A DNA stretch of 64,000 nt from Styela clava. Lineage: Eukaryota. Of this stretch, positions 1 through 11,100 are shown piece by piece. The notes below the pieces were generated by a model. That model saw nothing but the letters and a program-made list of their open reading frames with translations. It was not told the origin of the DNA and did no database searches. Every line of letters starts with the position of its first letter. The stretch's first letter is position 1. Where the stretch lies: the NCBI RefSeq assembly GCF_964204865.1, contig NC_135255.1:13702001-13766000 (forward strand), read 5' to 3'. Both the position numbers and the translations under genes were made by a program.

Positions 1-1061
1 TACGATTCGTAAGCATTAAAACAAAATACAGACACCCAACTGCCTAACGCTAACTCTACAATATAACAACCAGCAGGAATCGCTGGAAAAACATCCGAAA
101 ACTATCCCGCCAATTTAACGCGTCACGTGATGTAGCGATCGAAGTCGACTCCGTGTTAATTCGTTGGAGTCGACATACCGTATGTAGGATATTATGAATT
201 CCGAGATCAGCCGAGGACAATTAGAAAAAAATGTTATCAATTATCATTTGGTAAACCACCTACCTGTACAATGTATTGTAATAGCATTTTTTGCACATTG
301 CCCCGTTCAGAAAGCTCCCAAGCTTTTCAAATTAGGAAGGGGTGAAATTTGGGGGCTGGTAAATATTTTACTATTATCGATAAAACTATTTGTAACTTGA
401 CCTATAAAAATAAATTATGTATTTGACTGACCATCTACACTGGTATATAAACCACTTTATGGATTTTCAGACACAAATATATTTAAGCTAGAAACTAATG
501 TGTGGTGTTACATCTCAAAATAAAAGGGTGGATTTGGATTTTTAGTGAGAGTGTTCACCCCGTATAGGAAGGTATAGAGAAATCACTGCTTCGGTTACTT
601 ATTTAAAACATTTAAATGGTACTAAAATATTTTCACAATTCAAAACACTATTCTCGACTAAAAAGAAATCCCATGGAAATTATTCTTAGTGTTACGGTTG
701 AACATCTTTTTATTTTAATTAAATTCGTCGTTACGCGAGTACATTAGAGTTTCAAAATTCACATGCTTTACAAACAGAGCATAAATAAAGCATGCAATAA
801 TGGTAGGCTATAGTAAAATCAAGGGTCTCATTATGACGGTTTGCAGCTGATATTATCAACAACAAACCACGACATCGCGTGAATCTATTGAACATATAAA
901 TAATTGACAGCACATTAATGCAACAGCATATAAATCTGGTAACTTTCCATTAATTTTCAGAATGCACATATACTATTTACCGAACAAGTTTGACAGGTCA
1001 ATTCAAATATAAATATTCCAGTGTTAAAAGAAGGTACATTTGTTTGCTTTAGATTCTGCTT

Positions 1062-1104
1062 AGTCATGACCAAAGTAACTATAACAGCCACTTTGGTCAT
1101 GACT
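1062..1104. repeat. Perfect 15-bp inverted repeat (hairpin) upstream of the GH16 gene
   Basis: agtcatgaccaaagt (1062-1076) and actttggtcatgact (1090-1104), with a 13-nt loop. Confidence 0.8.
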
Positions 1105-1722
1105 GCTCGATAACGCTAGCATTTTTATATTTTATAGGTGGGAAAGTGACGTAATAAATTTAGTATGATTTTGTAATTGAAACAGTCCACTATTTCCCGA
1201 ACCCGGCTTTATTCAAAAACCAGTTGTTTTGCAAAAAACTGACTTTTTCATTTTCAATTGCTAAAACAAAAGGACAATGCGATCGAATATTATGAATTAT
1301 GATGTAATTGACAGCATATCAGATGAAGATCTATTTGATATTTATCGAAGGAGGCGTTGGTTATGTGCAAATGTTGTCTTATACTTAATTACCCCCTAAA
1401 GACCCATATTGTTGCCATGGAACGGGATGGTGACGTCAAAGCTCCCTGTGCAAATCAAAATTGTGCAATAAACTTTGAATGAACTTATGCTTTAAGTGTT
1501 TTGGCTCTCGATACCGATAGATGAAGAGAGAAAGAGAGATAACAACTTCCGACTGCACCGTGACAGGCAAGAATGAAATTTTATGATTGTTCAATGATTA
1601 ACTTTAACGTTATATGATTTTGATAGAATTTAAAGGGCACGAGGCAGCTCAAAATGCACATTTCGCACCTGGCGTTTGACGAATACACAGTTTTAGTTGC
1701 TAAGCTATCCCAACCTTGAGTA

Positions 1723-4700
1723 ATGCAGTCTAGCGTTGTCTACAGTCTGACAATATGTGCTATTCTACTAACAGCGATTTTAATAACCATCATCGTCGTG
1801 CTGGTGCCTGAATCGGATACACGTATGTTATTTGTATTTTTATTATAATGTAAACATTTGATGTGTCGTGAGTGTTAGCGCTCGCTTTTAAATGTAGTAA
1901 TATGCAAGCCCTTACCGGCGTGGTATTCGAAATCTCGAATACATTTATATTTTTGAGATTTGCTCACATATTTGAAGAATTATCTCAGATACTTCCGAAC
2001 GATAATTCCACGAAAAGTAGCGTGCGATTTTCTTCTGTCATACTGTACCGCCAATTGTTCTAGTTAGTTATAAACTGACTTTATTTTAGTTGCGGCTCCT
2101 CCGTCATGCTCTGCTTATCCTTGCGACGCAACGTGTGACATGAAGGTATCGCCATGCAATGGTCTCGTATTTGAAGAAAACTTTGATACATTCGACTTGC
2201 AAAGATGGCAACACGAAATCACAATGTCTGGAGGAGGAAACTGGGAATTTCAATTTTACACCAACAATAGGACAAACAGTTACGTCCGTGACAACACGCT
2301 CTTCATCAAACCGGTAAAATTTTCAAACAACGACCATACTTGTCGTATTTTGAATAGATTTCGTAACGGTTCGCTGTAATTCAGTCGTAACGTAGAAAAC
2401 AAATGTATAAATCGAACTGAACATCCATTGTCATAGTAATTTAGGGCGAAAGTATTACATTCATAAGACTGCTCTTTATTTTTTATTTACTTTGAAGTTT
2501 TAAATATTTTTCAATTCTGACATTGTTCTAATATTCACTACTATTGTTTTTACAAATTCATTCGACTCATTTTTTTATTATATTTTCGATTCTCTGTAGA
2601 TTTAGGTTCTATAGATATAGACAGATCGTAGACACTATTGCAACCTTCAATACAAACAAAAATGTTTAGACACTGACCGCAGATCACTACGGAGAATCGT
2701 TTTTGTCGTCTGGCGTTCTTGATCTATGGGGAGGAAGTCCTGCCGATTTCTGCACTGGAAATGCATTTTGGGGTTGTCAACGTACCGGAACTCCAGATAA
2801 CTACATCAACCCTGTACAATCAGCCAGGTAAAATATAGAATACATTTTTCAAATTCTGATTGGACGATACATGATCCGCGACGACGTCTAACCCTCTGAT
2901 GTCACGTATTTTGATGATTACTAGTGATAGCATGGGGTGTGAAATTCAATAAAGCAACCTCGTTTTTTGTTCGCTATCTACCCCATGGGGTGGGATAAAT
3001 TTCGCATGTGCCATATTTGACCCTCCATGCATTCACGGAAGAACGTCACTATAGCTTTTTTTAGGAAGCAATTACAGGCAAAACGAGTATAAAGTATGAA
3101 AATAAACAATTATGACTTTTAGTAACCACTTTTGTATATTTTGTCTAGCCTGAGATGTCCAAATCAGATTCAAATTGTTTGAAATTATATTTTCAGCAAT
3201 ATGTTGATCGAAAATAATCTAAAATTAGCAAATCTGAACAATTTGAATATATATTAGAAATTAAAAAGAATTTATTCAAGTGAATGCTATCGATGAAATT
3301 CCCCCAAAACAGTTTTGAGATTGTCTCATGCAAAGATATACACCACATTTTGCACAGTTCATGTTGCTTTTCATCGGACATCCCCTCTTTCTGCAATGGA
3401 TTCTATCACCAATGCCCTTCTTCATCGAAACGCGCATCCATTGGTGGAAGAATACTACTTGCAGCTTTTTTTGGTGTTGATGGGAGATCACTATCAATAC
3501 TTGGTCGACCACGGCAAAGTCCTAACTTGGCACTATGTACTGACATGTAGAGATTTCAGTGCGGAAATCTTTTATTGGAAGCGGATTACAAGAGTTGTAC
3601 TCTATTGTAAAAAAAGCCATGAATTGACAATAATTAATAGGTACCGAGATCTAAATCTAAAAACAGTGTTTCTTCACGCCTATGCACTTATTTCAGTATT
3701 CAAGTACATTTTAATTTGCGTTCAAACTATCATGTCATAACCAAAATGACTTAATAATATTAAAAAACTAACAACAACCAACTACTAAACCTTGGTTTAA
3801 CCTCGCAGGTGACAATTTAGCAGCTAGTCTACTGGCTTAGAAGTCAAATGGGGTTTAAAAATTTTACTTATCAAAATGTCGAAACTAATTGCCAAGGGCT
3901 ACAGGAAACAACCCAGATTTTTTTGATGGCTGGATTTGAGAATAACCGAGTAATTAAATACTAATATCTAAATAAATACTTATATAAACGGTATTCCGAA
4001 CTAAAAATACTCAATTACTGAACATATGAAAACCTTCACGCCAGTGAATCAAGAAAACACAGCCTGAGCACTTAAAATTTTATTCCCCCAAATGCATGAT
4101 GTGCCAAATTTGTCACACGCATTACCACCTAAATATTTCGAAATGCTGAAGAAATAGTTAAAAACTGCTAAGCTAGGCCTCTTCCTTGCTAATACCCCCA
4201 CTATTACGAATTATCTCCTATTATCTCCTCCGTTTATTGCACAATAGAGAGAATGCGTTCCAGATGCAAAGAATCTACGTTACTCAATAGCATAACCAAG
4301 TGGACCAATATAAAAAACAACACGTGACCCAAAAGAGATGTTTTGAATTTGACCCGCCATGCATTAAAGCGCTAATAATATGCGGGAGTATTGACACGGA
4401 ATAATAGCGTGTTAAATTAGTCAAATTCATTTGTTCTCATATATGGGCGCGATTGATATGTGCATTTTTTTACTCAAAATGTCATTTTACTTGCAATCGC
4501 ACGAATCTTATATATTCAGTAGCGTAATAGACATTTCATATTCAGAATACGTTCTGTGAATTCATTTGCGATCCAATACGGACGAATTGAAGTTGTGGCT
4601 AAGATGCCTAGTGGGGACTGGTTGTGGCCTGCGATATGGATGTTACCCAGGTGAGAATTTAAAACATTTATATATGTTATTTTAACACTTGAGGAGAGTG

Positions 4701-7455
4701 CTCGTGTTTGAACTTTGAACTTTTTGAAAGTCTTTATATCTACTTCGACAACCATTACAAAATCGATGGTCATATGAGCATGCTTGAGACGTATGCCTGT
4801 AGACGCTCAATGCGAGACTGAGATGGGTTTTAAAATATGACCCAAGTATCAACGTCACACTGGCAGATATTAGAAATCTTGAATTTGTCACCAAAGGTGC
4901 ATCAACTTTGGATTTGGAGCTGGAGCAGTAATGGCTCAGGATTTGGTGCTGTAGTAATTTTTTTCCCCCACTTCACAGTCTCGATGGAAAATATGGAGGT
5001 TAAACTATGAATATATATAATTGTATATCCTCAATTTTTGAGGACTACTGGCATGATAAGTAGAAAATCAAAATTCACACTTCAATTTGAAATGAAATTT
5101 TCCAATTGACGTTGGCCCTATATATTCGCGTAGTTATTGACTGTTTTTCATAAAGTTCAACCTTGTATGAATAATGCAATTACCTAACCACTCACGTTTT
5201 CATTGCCAAAAGTCAATAGGCATGCAATTCAACGTTGAAATGTTTTATCTATATCCACACTAATCTAAGTCTAAATAAATAAATACAAGAGAGTTATGAA
5301 TACATAAAAACAAATACCCTCTATATCGGTGCATAAATTGCGGACCATAATTAAAAAACATTCTAGAACTCAAGAAAGGTTTTCTAAATAGAAATATAGT
5401 AAAGTAACACACAATATCATTATGTAATTTTAATAAACCCTATAACGAGTTAACCAAATTAAAAATGAGGCCTGTTGCTTTGGAACGACCTGATGTCAAA
5501 TTTGAATTTACTTTAACAGAGACAATAGGTACGGAGGATGGCCAGCATCTGGAGAGATAGACATTATAGAATCAAGAGGTGAGTGAGTCCAAGCTTTTAC
5601 GTTATAATCCCAAATACGTTTTTCAATTTATTCGATTGCCATCTCACTATTTTGATATTATTGTTCGTTAATATTTAGTCATTCAAACAGGGGTTGCATT
5701 TTCTCTTACTTGGAAATACACGTCACATGATAATCCGAATGAAAGATACATATCATGAGGTACATAACGGGCGTTCATTTCACACTTATGTTACACTAAT
5801 GATTCTAATTTTGTCATCATTCTTTGTTTTTTAGGAAATATAAATCTCACAGATGCTGAAGGCGTTTCTAAAGGTCGTGACAATATGGGTATGACTCTAC
5901 ATTGGGGACCTTACTTTCCACTGAACGGATATCCAAAGACAACAATCGAAAGGTCTGTCATAAGCAGGAATATAAATTTTCGATAATGATTCGGTTTCTG
6001 TGGGACTAACTACTCATCCTTCTAAACGAAACGTTACAGAAATATATTTTAGCGTGCAGCAAGACTCTTGAATCACTTAGAATAAATTTTCGATTTATCG
6101 TTCTTTATTAGACGAAATCCTAATCTATAGACACACAGTTTAAGCATTCCACATTAGCTTCTTTCTTCTTTTCGTACTCAATGGCGTCCAATAATTTAAT
6201 TAATGTTCGAAATTCGAATCTGGTTGCGTTATAAATTTGCACCTAAATTATACATCAAAGAGCTTACAGAGTTTAATTGAATCTTCTCATCTTCGTGATA
6301 TTTTATTCCAAGTTTTCTTAACGTTATGTAAAGACGAGCAAAATTAAAAAATATAGAGAAAATATGAGCTGAATCATTAATTCCATTTCATTTATATACT
6401 ACAATAATATATATCTGGCACAGTCATCCGGCTTCGGGAACGTACGCATCGGCCTTTCACACATGGGTTGTTGATTGGACAGCAGAATATATAGATTTGT
6501 TTGTGGATGGTAAATTGCTGCGAAGAGTTGATCCGGGACCTGGAGGATTTTTCGATTATGGTGAATTTGAAAAAGAAGCACCGGGTATCGATAATCCATG
6601 GGCGAATTCTAACAACAAAATGACACCATTTGATCAAGAAGTAAGTTTTGGAAGTAATTTAACATGATAATAAAACATTCAGTTATTGCTCGTTTGTTTA
6701 GATTGTTTAATTATGGTTTATTCAGTATTTTCAACAATTATTTCTAGTTCTATATTCTCATAAATGTGGCTGTCGGCGGCACCAATGGATTTTTCCCAGA
6801 TTCTTGGATAAATGCACCTCGCGAAAAGCCATGGAAAAATGATTCACCAACGGCAATGAAAGATTTTTGGTTGAAAAAAGACGAATGGTGAGTAATTAAG
6901 TCATTCCCAATAATACCAAAATGTTGAAGAGCCTCAATGAATGTAATTTTCCTACCCGGAAACAATGAAGCGTGGGAGTATTCAGTTGTTAGTTATTAAT
7001 TAATAAAAAAAAACAGAGATGTAGAAAAGTTAGAAAGAAGTGAGTTAAATAGATATGAAACAGCGATAGTTCGCGGGACCAATTCCTCTACGCGAATGTC
7101 ATCGAAAAAGTCAGAGACAATTGAGATAAAAAAGAAATTTTTCGGAATCTATCTTTAGGTCTCAAATGCACAATATTTTTTCTGGTTTCCCGTATAGTGA
7201 ATATCGAGAATTCCAATATTTTTGGCTCATCGTGATCGTGACGAGTATATATATAAGTGTAGTAATTGTCAAAAGCTTGATGTTTAGTAAAAACTAAAAA
7301 AAAAATTAATTTGTCTATTAAAGTTAAATCAAAATGTATCGCCCCTATTAAATTTGTTTTTCTTTTACTATAGGTATCCATCATGGCAGCCAGACGTTGA
7401 CAATGGTGAGAACGCTGCTATGCAAGTCAGAAGTATTAAAGTTTGGGCTAAATAA
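1723..7455 (+). CDS. GH16 endo-beta-1,3-glucanase / beta-1,3-glucan-binding protein (LGBP/GNBP-like), 9 coding exons: 1723-1822, 2090-2313, 2670-2827, 4546-4650, 5520-5578, 5835-5952, 6424-6640, 6748-6887, 7374-7455
   Basis: Phase-consistent GT-AG exons give FEENFDTFDLQRWQHEITMSGGGNWEFQFY, YGRIEVVAKMPSGDWLWPAIWMLP, GGWPASGEIDIIESRG (intact ExDxxE catalytic motif), FHTWVVDW, PFDQEFYILINVAVGG and the end MQVRSIKVWAK*. Exon 1 encodes a hydrophobic N-terminus, MQSSVVYSLTICAILLTAILITIIVVLVP. Confidence 0.93.
2890..4375 (-). mobile_element. Degenerate piggyBac (PGBD-like) transposon remnant in GH16 intron 3; ends approximate
   Basis: Minus-strand fragments IVNSWLF, RGRPS...PPMDARFDEEGHW, then after a frameshift the C-terminal Cys-rich domain RIHCRKRGCPMKSNMNCAKCGVYLCMRQSQNCF (in ORF 3276-3512). 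Stops and frameshifts throughout. Terminal-like motif tttgacccgccatgcattaaagc near 4348-4370. Confidence 0.75.
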
Positions 7456-8196
7456 ATATGAAGTCGCTCCACCAGATAATTCATTTGTAAGTAATAATTG
7501 ATGTAAATGTCAACAACAACACACTAGTCGGGGATCGAAGACTACGCTGTTTCGGACGTCTCAACTTCATTTCACTGTAATCTTGGAAATCAACAAATGT
7601 TGTTGTAAATTACCTCAGAAACTTTTTCCCGATTATACATATTTACAAATGTATATAAATGGTAATAAATTATAAGTAAATACAGCATTCAATTTTTTTT
7701 CATATTTTTGTTGTTAAAAGTTTCCAGTGCAGCATTACAATTAGTCTTAATGATTTCTGGATATTTGATATCTGGATTTCTGATATCCAATAAAAGAATC
7801 AGTCAACTAGAAAACTTGAGAAGTTGTATTAGACACTGAAGCGAAAGGTACATAAAATGTCTATTTTAGAACCGTTGAAAATGTATGTACGGAGACTCGG
7901 GGAGTGCATTCTTATTCGTAAACCTTGTGTTGGGCTTCCATGATTCGTTAAGGCGGAAGTATATATATCATCATTCTATGAACAGTGTCAGTCAATAATC
8001 CTCATTTAGTCTATAATCAACCATGATGAAATAAATCAAACAATATTTAGTGGATAATTTCGATTAATAATTGACAGAAATTATGCAACTTATCCGTAAT
8101 GTTTCATTACACATAGCGATAAAAATTAAAACATGATGAGTACGTGATAGGAAGACGATATTTTAGTGTGGAGTTCAACGATAATAGAAGCGAAGA

Positions 8197-11100
8197 ATGA
8201 AGTCAGTCGTGGGATATAGCTTAATATTGAGCAGCATTGTGATTGCAGGAGTTGTTTCGTTGCTGCTTGTATTGTTGATGCCTTCATCTATTCCACGTAT
8301 GTTATTTTGTATGGTAATTTTTTTGAATATTTGTGAAATAATGTTCGATACATATTTCGGTGGGGAAAGTCACGTAGGCTATTTATGACAAGTCATATCA
8401 TTCGTTTTATCGGAAGCATATATATATTTTCTACAATAAGTCAAAGAAGAAATTTAAACCATGCCAACCCCAAATTTAGATGAATGTGGTTGGCGATAAT
8501 CACCTGAAGCTCTCTTCATTGGCATCGCCAGCAATAGAATGAAAATAGCATTGAAGGTACACTGGAAGTAACCGTACACAAAAATTAATATTTTGGAATA
8601 TTTATTTTTAAATGGGAAATTCACAAGCTGGAAACCCAATTTTTTCGATAATTTCCAACATTCCGAGAAATAGTTTAGAGGTTCAGTCTGAGCATCATAA
8701 TGAAAGGTCTTAAAATCAAGAATAGCCCACGAGAGTGGCAATGTTATCTGCTTAAGTCATTGCTTACGCCGAATTGCCTTCGCTTGCTTTTAGAACAACG
8801 TCGAACATGTGAGCCGAAATATTTTGATCAAGATCGTATGGTTTGTGTATGTAACTCAACATATTGCGATACACTCGATCCGCTTCCAGATTCATATCCT
8901 GAAGGATATATAATTATTTATACATCGAGTCAGAGTGGACTTCGTTTCAACGAGACATCGAATCAATTTCGCTCTCTATCGCAAAGTGATGTAGGTAAGG
9001 AATTAAATATTATTTGAATTGTTCATTTCCTAACATAGTCTATATATATGAGAGATGCACACAAATGTGGACACAAGGTCAAATGACTTAACCAGGGATG
9101 TGCAACAAGCGACCCGCGGGCCACAACTGACCCGACAGGCCCTTTAGTGTAGCCCGTATGAACACCTAAATTTTTTCTCATCTAGCATAAAATCGTAATC
9201 CGACAGTTTATGTTAAGAACTGTTATTAACAAGCTATGCGAAAACTTGAAATTTCAATTGTTTCGCTAAAATGTTAAATAACTAAAATTTTGCATTGTGA
9301 GAATATTTCAATTCATTCAACAAGACCCCGAACAACAACAATTAATCAAGTGCTCTTTTCCAGCCGCAGAACATTCGGCGTTTGTGTTTTATGAAGAGTT
9401 TTATCCTGGTTTTATCCCTTTTTGTGTAAATATGTATGTTATTGTTTCATTCAGCTACAATAACAGTCAATTCTGGTAAACGGTTGCAGACAATTAAAGG
9501 CTTCGGCGGTGCATTCACGGATGCTGCTGGAATAAATATTGCAAGCTTACCTCAACAGGCTCAAGAGAATTTATTGAGGTCATATTTTTCACCAGAGGGT
9601 AAGTTTATTGATATTTATGTACACCATAGGCTACGATCCTTTTGTGTGGTTAGAATTCAAAAGCTCGCAAACAGTATATGTATATAAATCATTTTGAACG
9701 GTTTAAAAAACGTGTATTGCTTGTTGATTTCAATTATAAATGTCAGTTTTCATAATTTTATGTATTATCTCTTGGTATTATAACATTTCTGTAACAAGGT
9801 CACTTCAACTTTTCCAGGTATCGAATATAACATGGGTCGAATTCCTATAGCAAGTTGTGATTTTTCAACTCGAGGATACACGTACAATGATTTCGAGAAT
9901 GATTTCGCCCTAACAAATTTTTCGTTAGCAAGTGAAGATTTTGTTTACAAAGTAATTTCATTTAAATAAGTTGATGTTAAATTTATAATCGACTGCTGTT
10001 GAAAATCTTTCGTTTCTTTACATCTTCGAAGATACCATACATAAAGAAGGCCGTGGCAATGAATAAAAGAAAGATGTCTTTTTATGCCAGCCCTTGGACA
10101 GCACCCGCTTGGATGAAAACAAACAATGACCTTATCGGAAAGGGAAGTTTGAAAGGGGAACCAGGTGGACCATACTATCACACTTGGGCTCTGTATTTTG
10201 CAAGGTATTGGGACCTCCTGAAGTATGCGCACCGAGATGGCGCACAACCTGAACTCAGGTTGTGTACCAGGTTAGGGTTCAGGTTGTGCGACATTTTAGT
10301 GCGCATACTTCAGGAGTACCAGGTATTGTTCATTTTAGTCAGTCGAGAATGGGGATAAGCTTACACTTCTTTCAAACTAATAGATCCTATTTATGAAAAA
10401 CTAACATTTCGATCCACGTGTTTATTATTATATTTCAAGTGTACAGTAATTGAAATCGCTACAATAACTTCTTTCTGTAATTATGTAATAGATTCATCGA
10501 ACACGTTCTGTCTTGATTTTATGTATTATATAGATTTATAGAAGAATATACAAAGAACGGTGTAGACATCTGGGGATTAACAGCGCAAAATGAACCAAGT
10601 GCTGGGAATATTCAGAATTTTCCATTTCAGTGCATGGGATTCAGTGATATTCAGCAGAGAGACTTCATAAAACTAGATTTGGTAATAAATTAGTTCGTAT
10701 TCTTTTGTATACTGTTAATAAAACTATAAAAGAAAATACTGACATACAATTTCTCCCATTTTATTGAGTAGGGTCCAACACTAGAAAACCGAGGTCACGG
10801 CGACGTAACACTGATGATAATGGATGATCAAAGATTGTTGTTACCGGAATGGCCAAAGGTTGTCCTGAATGATTCAGTCGTGAACGACTATGTTGACGGA
10901 ATAGCAATTCATTGGTAAACTTAGTTTATAAATATCTGTATTTAATAAATACAGTTTTATTTGAATTAAAAGAATTCTATCTTGATCGACCGATTTTCGG
11001 AAGAATAGACCTCGCAAACAATTTTTCGCGTTGTGGAAGCCACTTTATCTTGCGTGTTATAGGCAAGCTTGACTTATTTCGAAGCACGTGTTACTAATTA

